In this document: piece after piece, positions 37,099-50,735 of the stretch
Position numbering within the stretch: position 1 is the first letter of the stretch
Layout: each line of letters starts with the position of its first letter
Source of the DNA: Malacoraja senta
Taxonomy: Eukaryota
Direction of reading: 5' to 3'
DNA: 64,000 bases
NCBI GenBank assembly: GCA_038087875.1
Contig: CM075988.1
Coordinates: 5,766,001 to 5,830,000, forward strand
The notes under the pieces: model-generated
What the model was told of the DNA's origin: nothing
Databases searched by the model: none
The model's input: only the letters and a program-made list of their open reading frames with translations
Program-made: the position numbers and the translations under genes

Positions 37099-39846
37099 CG
37101 AGCCCACACTCCCCTCTCCTGCGCCCGTTCCCTGCAGCGGCGGAAACCACTGTAGCGCAAACAACCCGAGACGAGGCTGAGCCAACCAGCTACTTTGCAA
37201 CCCCCTTGCGGCTGAAAACGACGGAAATGCATTTCAAATATGGTCACACGTGATAGGAGCAGAACCAGGCCATTCGGCCCATCGAGTCTACTCCGCCATT
37301 CAATCATGGCTAGACAAAAGTGCTGGAGAAACTCAGCGGGTGCAGCAGCATCTATGAAGCGATGGAAAGGCAACGTTTCGGCCCGAATCCGAAATAGGCA
37401 ACGTTTTCTATTTCCTTCGCTCCATAGATGCTGCTGCACCTGCTGAGTTTCTCCAGCACTTTTGTCTACCTTCGATTTTCCAGCATCTGCAGTTCCTTCT
37501 TAAACATTCAATCATGGCTATTCTATCTCTCCTAACTCCATTCTCCTGCCTCCTCCCCCATTACCCTTGACAGTCCACACTAATCAAGAATCCTATCATT
37601 AATCGCCAATCTATCTCTGCCTTAAAAATATCCATTGACGCCTCCACAGCCTTCTGTGGCAAAGAATTCCACAGATTCACCACCCTCTGATTAAAGAAGG
37701 CTCTCAACCCAAAACGTCACCCATTCCTTCTCGCCAGAGATGCCGCCTGTCCCGCAGAGTTACTCCAGCTTTTTGTGTCAAAAGAAATTCCTGCTCATCT
37801 CCTTCCTGAAGGAACGCCCTTTTATTCGGAGACTCTCCCACTAGGGGAAACATCCTCTCCACATCCACACCATCCAAAGATTGACATAAAAGATGTAGTA
37901 ACTCAGCGGGACAGGCAGCATCTCTGGAGACAAGGAATTTGTGACGTTTCGCGTCAAGACCCTTCTTCAGACTGGTTAGGGATAAGGGAAACAAGAGATA
38001 TAGATGGTGATGTGGAGAGATAAAGAACAATGCTTCACCTAGTGTGCTGGAGTAACTCAGCGGGTCTGGCAGCATCTCTGGAGAACATGGCTAGGTGATG
38101 TTTTTATATTTAAAACTTAGCAACAGCTAAGATATAGCAACAAAGAACTGCAGATGCTGGTTTACAAAAAAAGACACAAAGTACTGGAGCAACTCAGCAG
38201 GTCAGGCAGCATCTCTGGAGAACATTGATAGGTGAAATTTCGGTTTGGGGACCATATTTATTTAAAATGAAAAAGCTAAGATGTAGCCACATGGAACTGC
38301 AGATGTTGGTTTGCAAAACTATACAAAGTGCTGGAGTAACTTGGCCAGGCAGCATGTCTGGAGAACAGTCTGAAGAAGGGTCCTGATCCGAACCTATCCA
38401 TGTAGAAACTGCAATTACTGGTTTATACCAAAAATGGACATAGGGTTGTGGAGTAACTGTTTCTCCCACCGCTTCTCTCCAGAGATGCTGCCTGACCCGC
38501 TGAATTACTCCAGCTCTTGATGAAACGGCACCTATCCATGTTCTCCAGAGATGCTGCCTGCCCGTTGAATTACTCCAGCACTTGGTGAAAGTGCTGAAAC
38601 TGATTTCTTTGAAAGAACGTGAAAAAGTCAACTGCGTCTTGCTTTAACAATGTTATTAGATGATTGCGTTGCTGGCCATTGGAGGTACTGATTCACTTGA
38701 ATTAAGTGAATTGAAGATACTGCCAGACCCACTGAGTTACTCCAGCACTTGGTGAAGGAGGCGAAAGGTGCTCCAGCACTTTTTGTGTCCTCTTGCTAGT
38801 TTTAACTGAGCTGCAACATTAAATTATAAGAACAGCCTGACTCAATGTAGTTGCACGAATGATCTATATGTGTAAGGAGGGGTGGGGGAAGGGGGCAAGG
38901 TCCAGATGCACAGTGATGATGAAGGACCACCAATCTATCTCCAATAGGGTGATGTAGGAGACACAACGAACTGCAGATCCTGGAATCTTAAGCAAAAAAC
39001 ACAAAGTGCTGGAGTAACTCAGCAGGCCTGGCAGCATTTAAGGAGGGAATGGATAGACGATGTTTAGGGGAGGGATCCTTCTTCAGAATGGGTGATGTAG
39101 GATATGGAAGAGTACCTGCATGTGGTGCTGTTCTCTTGCTCTTCTTGGCAGTATGGTCCGCAAAGCGGTGCAGCTGGTAGAGCTGCTGCCTCACAGCACC
39201 AGAGACCAGGTTTGGATCCTGACCTTGAGCGCTGTTTGTGTGGAGTTTGCACTTTATCTCTGTGACCAAATGGGTTTCCTGCCACATCCGGATCGTATCT
39301 CCGGTCGCTCTCAGGCCTAACATCATGGAGCTGGTGGCCTTGCTCGAGACTGTCTATGAGCCCCACCGCGGGGCCGTGGACATACCATCGGAGCCTGTGA
39401 TCCCTTGCCTGGGATCGACGCTCCAACCGCGGCCTGCGGATTTCACCATCGAGGAGCTCGCAGTTTCGGGTAGAGACTGATGTCGGGAAGTTCCAAAGTC
39501 GAGGGAGAATCAACTAGCCCCGACCCGTGGTCCGATCGGCCGGCGCGGGGGAGCTGAGATCCCCCCTGATGCGGGAGCTAGATCGCCCCAACGCGGAGAG
39601 CCCGACCGCCGGCTATGGGAGCCAAGATCGTTACGTCAACGGAAGGCTCGAGGCCCCCGACCGCGGGAGAACAAAGAACAAAGAGATTGAACTTATTTTT
39701 CGCCTTCCATCACAGTGAGGAATGTGGAGGAGTCACTGTGGTGGATGTTTATGTTAAAATGTATTTTGTGTGTTTTGTTGCTTTTTATTGGTATGACTAT
39801 ATGGCAAATCAAATTCCTCGTGTGTTGCAAAACATACTTGGGTAAT

Positions 39847-42280
39847 TTATTTATTTAGCGAATGCAAAGTCCTTTAGCCAAGCAGTTGCCTCTTGATCTG
39901 CTGTATGAAGGGTGACAAGTCCTCCTTTAAGTCTTTTTTGAGGGCATGCTTCAATGATGTGTTGCATTGTTTGCTGCTCTCCACAAGCACACCGTGGGGT
40001 TGGGCTGCTGCCCCATTTGTGAAGGCTGGCCAAGCAGGGGCCATGTCCAGTCCTGAATCTATTCAGCGTCGTCCACTGCTTCCTTGGGAGATTGGTGCCA
40101 GGGACCGGTAGGGTGGGGTCTGACACCAGATGTTTATTTGGGACGTCCTTGGACTCCCATTCCTTTTTCCAAGCTGTTTGGGTGGTGAAATCAGCTGGTG
40201 GTGGGTTCTTCCAAATTGGTCGTCTAGATGGAAGTCGAGCAGTGGGTGGGTTGAAAATGTCCATGTGAATTGGCAGATGAGGGGAGTTTTTGTTCTTTTG
40301 GAGCATCCTTTGAGTGAGGGCTACTCGCCGGATGTGTGGAGGGGCTATGTTGGATAGGACAGGGAGCCTGGGGAGTGGTGTTGAGCGGATTGTTCCTGTG
40401 ATGATCCTCATTGTTGAGTTCAATTGGGTGTCCACATGGTGTGTGTGGGATGACCTGGACCAAACAGGGGCACAATATTCGGCTGAAGAAAATGCAAGGG
40501 CTAGTGCTGAAATGCGCAGTGTGGGGGCTGCTGCCCCCCCACTTTGAGCCAGCAAGCTTGCTGAGGAGATTGTTTCTGGACTTCACCTTTGCTGCTGTTC
40601 TTTTGAGATGTTCCTTGAAGGATAGGGTCCTGTCAAGGGTCACTCCGAGGTAGGTTGGAGTGGGGGCATACTTCAGTTTGGTCCTGCTCAGATAGATGTT
40701 TGGTTCTCTTGTGGCTTCTGCATTATGGAGGTGGAACACACTGGAGACCGTTTTTTCTGGGCTTGGTTTTAGGCGCCAGGTTTTGCAATACTCGTCTAAT
40801 TTAGCAAGGTCTTCATTGAGCACCTGTTCCAATGTACCAAAATCTGGTGCCGGAAGGCCACACAGATGTCATCTGCATAGATGAATTTGCGGGATTTGGT
40901 GGTGGGTAGGTCATTTGTGTAAAGGTTGAACAAGGTTGGTGCTAAAACTGACCCTTGCGGGAGCCCATTCTTCTGCGTTCTCCATGCACTCTTGTTCTGT
41001 CCAAGGTGAACTCTGAACCTGCGGTTGGAGAGCAGAGATTTGATGGTTTCTGATGCCCAGGCAGGGAGTGCTTTGGTGAGTTTTAGGAGGAGGCCTTTGT
41101 GCCACACAGTGTCATAGGCTGCGGTGAGATCAAGGAACACTTCAGTTTGTTCTCGAAGCCGTTTTCAATGCAGGTGGTTAGGGCCAGAACTTGTTCTCCT
41201 GTACTGCGGTCCTTGCGGAAACCTGCCTGGTCCACACTGAGAATCTCTTCTACTCCTGGAGATATACGTTGTAGTATAAGGCGTTCTAAGATTTTGAGTG
41301 GGACGCAGAGTAGAGAGATTGGGCGGTAGCTTGCTGGTAGTTTTTCGTCTTTGCCAGGTTTTGGTATAGCAATGACTTTTGCTGTCTGCCATATCTTTGG
41401 GATGGAGTTAGTCTGTATGGCCCTAGTGTAGAGTTGGGTCAGCCAGGTTAGAGCTCGGGGGCCCAGGTGTTTCATGAACTCTGGAGAGATGTTATCATAA
41501 CCTGCTGCCTTTCCACATTTCAGGCCCTGCAGGACCTTCTCCAGTTCAGCCACCTCGAAGGGCTCAGGGTTTCTTTCCTTTCCAGGTGTTCGTCAGTGTC
41601 CTTAGCTCTGTTGCGACAGCTCTTCTAGTGGACTTGTCTTGGGATGCTTTTGCAATATTCAGTAGGTGGGATGCAACCTGGTTGGGTGTGACAGGAGGTC
41701 GGCTTTGGGTGGGGGGTTTCTGTGCAGCTCCTAGGCGGCAGATGAGGCTCCAGCATTTTCTGCTAGAGTGGGTGAAGTTTAGCTCTGCTACTGTCTCCTC
41801 CCATTTCCTTTGCCGAGCTGAAGATAGTGATTCAATGAGATGTTCTGCTATCTCAGGGTCCCCTGATGTTTTGTAGGTTTGTAGGAGGGCAGCGCTTTCT
41901 CCATCCAGGCATGGGACGTAGAGGGGACGGTAGCCTCTTGGAATTGTTTTGTGGGCGGCTTTATAGATGGCGCTGCAGAAACGGTTGTATGCTTCATCTA
42001 CAGTGATGGTGTGGAGTGGGATGGTAAAAACACTCTGATCTAGAGTTTCACTGTATTTCTTCCAGTTGGCCTTGCGGAAATTCCAGTGCATCTTTCTTGG
42101 ACTGCTTATGACTGGGAGGTGTAGGCCGATGTGTATGAGTGAGGGGCGGTGTTGACTGTGTGGGAAATCTTCCAGGATGAGGGTCTGTGCAGGGTAATGG
42201 GTTCCATTCAAAGAGCTGACCCAGCACAGGTCAGGAGAGTAGTCCTTGTTCCACCTGGCAGAGTGGAATGTTCCTCTTTG
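39847..42280 (-). mobile_element. 5'-truncated non-LTR retrotransposon (possibly Daphne/L2-related; clade uncertain) with RT and C-terminal CCHC
   Basis: Frameshifted ORFs: PHSQHRP, SYRPISLL, QAGFR, FLDLTAAYDTVW, GLPQGSVLAPTLFNLY, YADD, YLGVTLD, LNRFRTGHG...CACG..QTMQHIIEACP; (TAAA)n tail; 12-bp TSD TACTTGGGTAAT (39835-39846 / 42281-42292). Confidence 0.92.
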
Positions 42281-42655
42281 TACTTGGGTAATAAAGTATG
42301 ATTATGATTATGATCCCAAAGACATGCGGGTTTGTAGGTTAATTGGCTTCGATAAATTGCTCCTAATGTGTAGGAAGTGATTGAGAAAGTGGGATAACAT
42401 AGAGCTAGTATGAATGGATTTAGTTTAGGTTGGAGATAGTGGGAAAATAGATCCTTCGGCCCACCAAGTCCACGCTGACCAGCGATCCAGCACATTAACA
42501 CTACCCTATACACACGAGAGACAGTTATATATTTGCAGCAAGCCAATCAACCTGCAAACCTGTATGTCTTTGGAGTGTGGGAAGGAATGGAAGATCTCAG
42601 AAAAAAACCTACGCAGGTTGATCGCTGGTCGGTTTGGACTCGGTGGGTCGAAGGG

Positions 42656-45600
42656 CAAACTCCGTGTAGACAATAGTGCTTTATTTGTCACATGTGCAAC
42701 TGCACAGTGAAATTCCTTTTGCATATAAGCATCGGGGGGCTATGGCGGCCTGAGAAGGCACATCAGGGAGGAGGGGGAAGGAGGAGATGAGAATCTGGAA
42801 TTAATTACTGTAAATGATCGTAGCAGAGTCCGTGGGCCGAAGGGCCTGTTTGGTTTCAGTGTCGAGGAGGGGGGAAGTGATCATCAAAGAGTGTTGTATT
42901 ATCAGAAGTCCCAGAGGGAGCAGAAACTTACTTGCAGCGGCACGACAGAATGTGTAACTTAGTACTCTGTAAACAAGATAATAAACTAGAAAACAAGTTA
43001 CTCCCCGCAGTTAACATAACTCTTTATAACACAGCACATGCGGACAGGCGGCGGTTTCGGTACAGACAAAAATACCTATCAGGAAGTGGTAAGAAATTAC
43101 TTGCGGCGGTGGAACAAAGTGCTCGCCATTCCCAGTCGGAGTGTGGTGTGGTGTAGTGTAGTGTCGTGGTGAGGAGGTGCGGGTCCCGTCCCGTCCCAGT
43201 CCCAGTCCCAGTGCCAGTGTCCGGGCAGCCGAGCCCACACTCCCCTCTCCTGCGCCCGTTCCCTGCAGCGGCGGAAACCACTGTGGCGCAGACAACCCGA
43301 GACGAGGCTGAGCCAACCAGCCACTTTGCAACCCCCTTGCGGCTGAAAACGACGGAAATGCATTTCCAATATGGTCACAGGTGATAGGAGCAGAACCAGG
43401 CCATTCGGCCCATCGAATCTACTCCGCCATTCAATCATGGCTAGACAAAAGTGCTGGAGAAACTCAGCGATGCAGCAGCATCTATGAAGCGAAGGAAATA
43501 GGGAGGTTTCACGGCAGTCGGGTCACGACCCATGACCCGTACTGTTGCTACTCTACGCCAAATGGATTACACGCGATGAACTGCAGGTAAGCACTTACCA
43601 TTGTTTCCAGCGTAGCGGGCCCGTTAAAACCCGCCGAAATTGTCAATTGTTGCGCTCTAAATAATTATGGAAATCGGGATAAGCGTGAGAGACTACTTCA
43701 GAATTCAAAAAGTGAGGAGAAATGACGGTAGATGGAAGCGAGAGCTGAAGGGACAACAACAGCTTGTCGAACATTGGCCGTTTGCTCACTGCATTTCATT
43801 AACTAAGGCATTATTTGTGTTTTTTTCTTGATTCCTTTGGCATCTAAAAAGTTTCAGAAGGGATAAATCTGGCTGTAAAAATTTTGAGATCGCCCATGGT
43901 TCTCAAGTGGGGTTTTACATACAAAACGAAAACGCCTCTAAAGCAAAATTTACAACCAGATTTATCACTTCTGAGACTTTTTAGATACCAAAGGAATCAG
44001 GAAAAACCCAAGTAACGCCCTACCGTTAATGAAATGCAGTGAGCAAACGCGATAATCACCAATATTTTCAATTCCGATATCTGCACGGCCAATGTTCGCC
44101 AAGCACTTTAGCTGTTGTTGTCCCTTCAGCTCTCGCTTCTCTTTACTTTCATTTCGCTTCACTTTTGGAATTCTGAAGTTGGGTACATGTCTCTTACACT
44201 TACCCCGACTTCCACAATTTTTTACAGCGAAACAATTCAACATTTTGGCGGTTTTTAACAGGTAGGATAGTACGCGTTTCTTGTATTAATAACATATACC
44301 GGAAGTTACGGATGTCCTCCAGATGGATTGAGCGGCTCCGTGCGTCAAGTCCTATGACCCTGTGACCTTACGTGCAACCCCCCTATAGGCAACGCTTCCT
44401 ATTTCCTTCGCTCCATAGATGCTGCTGCACCCGCTGAGTTTCTCCAGCACTTTTGTCTACCTTCGATTTTCCAGCATCTGCAGTTCCTTCTTAAACATTC
44501 AATCATGGCTATTCTATCTCTCCTAACTCCATTCTCCTGCCTCCTCCCCCATTACCCTTGACAGTCCACACTAATCAAGAATCCTATCATTAATCACCAA
44601 TCTATCTCTGCCTTAAAAATATCCATTGACACCTCCACAGCCTTCTGTGGCAAAGAATTCCACAGATTCACCACCCTCTGATTAAAGAAGGCTCTCAACC
44701 CAAAACGTCACCCATTCCTTCTCGCCAGAGATGCTGCCTATCCAGCTTTATGTGTCTAAAGAAATTCCTGCTCATCTCCTTCCTGAAGGAACACCCTTTT
44801 ATTCTGAGACTCTCCCACTAGGGGAAACATCCTCTCCACATCCACACCATCCAAAGATTGACACAAACGATGTAGTAACTCAGCGGGACAGGCAGCATCT
44901 CTGGAGACAAGGAATTTGTGACGTTTCGCGTCAAGACCCTTCTTCAGACTGGTTAGGGATAAGGGAAACAAGAGATTTAGATGGTGATGTGGAGAGATAA
45001 AGAACAATGAATGAAAAATATGCAAAAAAGTAGCCATGATGAAGGAAAGAGGCCATTGTTAGCTGTTTGTTGGGTGAAAACGAGAAGCTGGTGCGATGGG
45101 TGCGGTAGGGATAGAGAGAGAGGGAATGCCGGGGCTATCTGGTGAGAGAAATTAAGCTCCCCTAGCACCAATACGAGCTCCCCTCATGCCCAGCAGCCGT
45201 TGAATACATTGAGTGAGGCTGTTCTTGTAATCTAACGTCGCAGCTCAGTTAAAACGTAGCAAGGTGACACAAAAGCGCAGGAGCACCTTTCGCCTCCTTC
45301 ATCAAGTGTGCTGCAGTAACTCAGCGGGTCTGGCAGCATCTCTGGAGAACATGGCTAGGTGACGTTTTTATATTTAAAACTTAGCAACAGCTAAGATATA
45401 GCAACAAAGAACTGCAGATGCGGGTTTACAAAAAAAGACACAAAGTACTGGAGCAACTCAGCAGGTCAGGCAGCATCTCTGGAGAACATTGATAGGTGAA
45501 ATTTCGGTTTGGGGACCATATTTATTTAAAATGAAAAAGCTAAGATGTAGCCACATGGAACTGCAGATGTTGGTTTGCAAAAATATACAAAGTGCTGGAG

Positions 45601-47506
45601 TAACTTGGCCAGGCAGCATGTCTGGAGAACAGTCTGAAGAAGGGTCCTGATCCGAACCTATCCATGTAGAAACTGCAATTACTGGTTTATACCAAAGATG
45701 GACATAGAGTTGTGGAGTAACTGTTTCTCCCACCGCTTCTCTCCAGAGATGCTGCCTGACCCGCTGAATTACTCCAGCTCTTGGTGAAACGTCACCTATC
45801 CATGTTCTCCAGAGATGCTGCCTGCCCGTTGAATTACTCCAGCACTTGGTGAAACGTCACCTATCCATGTTCTCCAGAGATGCTGCCTGCCCGCTGAATT
45901 ACTCCAGCACGGTGAAAAAGTCAACTGAGTCTTGCTTTAACAATGTTATTAGATGATTGCGTTGCTGGCCATTGGAGGTACTGATTCACTTGAATTAAGT
46001 GAATTGAAGATACTGCCAGACCCACTGAGTTACTCCAGCACTTGGTGAAGGAGGCAAAAGGTGCTCCAGCACTTTTTGTGTCCTCTTGCTAGTTTTAACT
46101 GAGCTGCAACATTAAATTATAAGAACAGCCTGACTCAATGTAGTTGCACGAATGATCTATATGTGTAAGGAGGGGTGGGGGAAGGGGGCAAGGTCCAGAT
46201 GCACAGTGATGATGAAGGACCACCAATCTATCTCCAATAGGGTGATGTAGGAGACACAACGAACTACAGATCCTGGAATCTTAAGCAAAAAACACAAAGT
46301 GCTGGAGTAACTCAGCAGGCCTGGCAGCATCTAAGGAGGGAATGGATAGACGATGTTTAGGGGAGGGTTCGTTGTTCAGAATGGGTGATGTAGGATATGG
46401 AAGAGTACCTGCATGTGGTGCTGTTCTCTTGCTCTTCTTGGCAGTATGGGCCGCAAAGCAGTGCAGCTGGTAGAGTTGCTGCCTCACAGCACCAGAGACC
46501 AGGTTTGGATCCTGACCTTGAGCGCTGTTTGTGTGGAGTTTGCACTTTATCTCTGTGACCAAATGGGTTTCCTGCCACATCCGGATCGTATCTCCGGTCG
46601 CTCTCAGGCCTAACATCATGGAGCTGGTGGCCTTGCTCGAGACTGTCTATGAGCCCCACCGCGGGGCCGTGGACTTACCATCGGAGCCTGTAATCCCTTG
46701 CCTGGGATCGACGCTCCAACTGCGGCCTGCGGATTTCACCATCGAGGAGCTCGCAGTTTCGGGTAGAGACTGATGTCGGGAAGTTCCAAAGTTGCAGGAG
46801 AATCAACTAGCCCCGACCCGTGGTCTGATCGGCCGGCGCGGGGGAGCTGAGATCCCCCCTGATGCGGGAGCTAGATCGCCCCAACGCGGAGAGCCCGACC
46901 GCCGGCTATGGGAGCCAAGATCGTTACGTCAACGGAAGGCTCGAGGCCCCCGACCGCGGGAGAACAAAGAACAAAGAGATTTAACTTATTTTTCGCCTTC
47001 CATCACAGTGAGGAATGTGGAGGAGTCACTGTGGTGGATGTTTATGTTAAAATGTATTTTGTGTGTTTTGTTGCTTTTTATTGGTATGACTATATGGCAA
47101 ATCAAATTCCTCGTATGTTGCAAAACATACTTGGGTAATAAAGTATGATTACGATTATGATCCCAAAGACATGCGGGTTTGTAGGTTAATTGGCTTCGAT
47201 AAATTGCTCCTAATGTGTAGGAAATGATTGAGAAAGTGGGATAACATAGAGCTAGTATGAATGGATTTAGTTTAGGTTGGAGATACAGTGGAAAAATAGA
47301 TCCTTCGGCCCACCAAGTCCACGCTGACCAGCGATCCAGCATATTAACACTACCCTATACACACGAGGGACAGTTATATATTTGCAGCAAGCCAATCAAC
47401 CTGCAAACCTGTATGTCTTCGGAGTGTGGGAGGGAACGGAAGATCTCAGAAAAAAACCTACGCAGGGTGATCGAAGGTCAGTTTGGACTCGGTGAGTCGA
47501 AGGGCA
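42656..47506 (+). repeat. Tandem segmental duplication, copy 2
   Basis: See copy 1; paired ORF-track entries (36762 vs 42932, 38988 vs 46281, 39615 vs 46908) are near-identical. Confidence 0.9.
43500..44384. mobile_element. Non-autonomous THAP-bearing DNA transposon (ISL2EU/Harbinger-related), fold-back structure
   Basis: TIRs AGGGAGGTTTCACG / CGTGCAACCCCCCT; AT duplicated at the target (GGAA AT..AT AGGCAACG). ORF 43965-44243 reads C..V.NC...FRIPK...LANI.RAD...RVCSLHF, a THAP C2CH-like pattern. Confidence 0.8.
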
Positions 47507-49529
47507 TTACACGTCATGGGTTTGCCAGTGTCTGCAATTCATGTTGAAGATGCTGCAGAGCGGTTGACTCAGCCCGGTCCATCACGGGCACAATCCTCCC
47601 CTCCATCTAAAGCATCTACATGAAGCGCCACCTCAGGATGGCAGCATCCATCATTGAGGATCCCCACCTTCCGTGCCCACTTCTCGCTGCCACCATCGGG
47701 CAAGAGGTACAGAAGCCTGAAGTCCCACACGGCAAGGTTCAGGAACAGCTACTTTCCCACAACAATCAGTTCTTGACCCGACCTGCACAACCCTAACCTA
47801 TCTCAATAATGCGACACTGCGGACCACCTCTTGCACCTCCATAGACGTGTTCTATAATAGTGTTGTGCATTAATGTCTTGTTTTATTTGCACTGTTTCTT
47901 TGCACTGCCGTGTAGAATTAGTGTAATTTATGTTTAATTTGCTTTCGCACATTGTCAGAGTTTGTGCACCTGTGATATTGCTGCAGGCAAATGGATAATG
48001 GCTCATGGACAGGGTGTGTAAGGCTCATGTTGACAGGAACATTTCAGAGGTTGTTGCTGAAGGAATTGTTCCAAGCGTGTTTATTTATTTCTGAGGTTTG
48101 TGATCGCCCACCAGTGTTTGTAGAGCCCTAGTCATGGTGCTGTTGAGTGACTCTGGGACAAATACTACCCTGAGGTTATTTGGCATTTGGCTTGTCTGAA
48201 GGGCTCAGATCAGGAAAATCAGATGGAAAATGCATTTAAATACATGGGGATCTGTTCACTACTGACAACCAAAAATCTCCACCTGTCAGTTTCTTTCCCT
48301 TCCTCAACCCTGATTCCTACTTCTCAGATTGTGGAAACAGGCCTTCCGACCCAACCTATCCCCGCCGACCAACATGCCCCATCTACACTAGTACCACCTG
48401 CTTGCATTTATCCCTCTAAACCTATCCTATCCATGTACCTGTCTAAATGTATCTTAAACATTGTTATAGCACTTGCCTCAACTACCTTCTCTGGCAGCTC
48501 GGTTCATCTACCTACCACCCTATGTGTAAAAAAAGTTGGCCCTCAGATTCCTATTAAATCTTAGCCGCCACAGCCAGACATAAAAACAGCTTCTTTCCAC
48601 GAGCAGTAGCTCTACTTAACAGCCAAAAGTCTGTTTTCTCTGGTACTTTATTTTCACATGTTTAAATTATGTTTTATTTTTAATAAACGAGTTCGGTATT
48701 CTGACTGCGCATGCCCAGGTCATAGGTCACTTGCTATAAACATTCTCGGCAACTGTGGTGCTGCGTTGTGTGCAGGCTTGCATTTCGTCCGCGGTCAGGG
48801 TCGGGCCTGGCTCTCCGGCACTGTTGAGTTGTTGCTGGGCCGTCCCCGTCCCCTCCCGGGTGTCCCGTCCCTGGGCTCGCTGGCTCCAGCTTGGCTCTGC
48901 CTGTCCCTCTGGATTGGCCGGCAGCCCTGGACTAGTGTTATCATAGAACGGGTGATTGATGGTCGGTATGGACTCGGTGGGCCGAAGGGCCTGTTTTAAA
49001 TGCTGTATCTTTCAATCGATCAATCAATCAATCTTATTGAAGGTACACAAAAATGCTGGAGAAACTCAGCGGGTGCAGCAGCATCTATGGAGCGAAGGAA
49101 ATAGGTAACGTTTCGGGCCGAAACCCTTCTTCAGACAAAATCAATCTTATTGGTCAACTTCTTTGTCTGAATCCAGACATGATGTTATGTGAGTATTTCA
49201 GTTTCATCAATACATGCTCGTTGATAAAACAGCCGATAATGGTTTGGCTTAGGGCAATGGAATGGAGAACTTTTGCAGACACATTCGTAAAGGATCACAG
49301 ACAAACATTTTAAACAAAATTATGATTTTATTATGTGAATACAAAGTACACTGATTATGTAACATTCCAACACTATTTATAAAAATGGCAATTTCACATT
49401 ACACAGGAGCAGTGTTCAATGTCACCTTGAGAACAACTGTCACAATTTAAAAAATCTTAGCAGTAATTTACAATTATATTTTCCCCGCGGGTTTTAATTA
49501 TTAAATTGATGAAGCAGCAAATTATCCAC

Positions 49530-49546
49530 TGCCACTAGATGGCGTC
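49530..49546 (+). promoter_or_regulatory. Candidate CTCF site between FOXRED1 and TIRAP
   Basis: TGCCACTAGATGGCGTC matches the CTCF core CCASYAGRKGGC, in non-repetitive sequence. Confidence 0.5.
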
Positions 49547-49599
49547 TTGTACAACACTTTCCATCTCCAGGGTATTTTTCTCACTTAATCTACTTTACT

Positions 49600-50735
49600 T
49601 AAGAGTCAGAGTGATACAGTGTGGAAACAGGTTCTTCAGCCCAACTCGCCCACACCAGCCAACAATGTCCCAGCTACCCTAGCCCCACTTGCCTGCGCTT
49701 GGTGCATATCCCTCCAAACCTGTCCTATCCATGACCCTGTCCAACTGTTTCTTAAACGATGGGATAGTCCCAGCCTCAACTACCTGGCAGCTTGTTCCAT
49801 ACACCCACAACCCTCTTTGTGAAAAAGTTACCCCTCTGATTCCTATTAAATCTTTTCCCCTTCACTTTGAACCTCTGTCCTCTGGTCCTGGATTCCTCTA
49901 CACTGGGTAAAAGACTGTGCATTTACTCAATCGATTCCTCTCATGATTTTGTATACTTCTATCAGATTTCCCCTCATCCTCCAACACTGCATAGAGACCC
50001 TGCCCACTCAACCTCTCCTTATAGCTCACACCCTCTAGTTGTGGCAAAATCCTCGTAAATCTTTTCTGAACCCTTTCAAGCTTGACAATATCTTTTCTAT
50101 AACATGGTGCCCAGAACGGAACACAATATTCCAAATGCGGTCTCATCAACGTCTTATACAACTGCAACATTACCTCCCAACTTCTATACTCAATACTCTG
50201 ACTGATGAAGGCCAAAGTGCCAAAAGCCTTTTTGACCACCTTATCTACCTGCAACTCGACCTTCATGGAACCATGCACTTGTACTCCAAGATCCCTCCGC
50301 TCTACAACACTACCCAGAGGCCTATCATTTACTGTGTAGGTCCTGCCCTTGTTCGACATCCCAAAATGCAACACTTCACACTTCTCTGTATTAAATTCCA
50401 TCAACCATCCTCTGCCCACCTGGCCAATCGATCTGCAAAACTACAAACTTTTGTATCATCAGCAAACTTGCTAATTTTGCCCTGTATGTTCTCATCCAAA
50501 TCATTGATGTAGATGACAAACATTAACGGGCCCAGCACCGAACCCTGTCGCACACCACTAGTCACAGGTCTCCATTCTGAGATGCAACCTTCCACCATCA
50601 CCCTCTGCTTCCTTCCATGAAGCCAATTTGCTATCCACTCAGCTATCTCTCCTTGGATCCCATGAGATCTAACCTTCCAAAGCAGCCTACCATGCGGCAC
50701 CTTGTCGAACGCTTTACTAAAGTCCACGTCCACAG
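49600..50735 (-). mobile_element. CR1 LINE fragment (RT C-half plus 3' UTR)
   Basis: DFSKAFDKVPH, GVRQGSVLGP, KFADDTK and RPHLEYC. Confidence 0.92.

Larger units (their letters stand above)
34571..42655 (+). repeat. Tandem segmental duplication, copy 1
   Basis: 34571-34681 matches 42656-42766; 36616-39846 plus 42293-42655 matches 42786-47506 apart from insertions. Confidence 0.9.

Noticed and set aside
36511..37439. Gly/Arg-rich and (GL/GW/QP)n ORFs
   Set aside because: Translations of a purine-rich tract and microsatellites.
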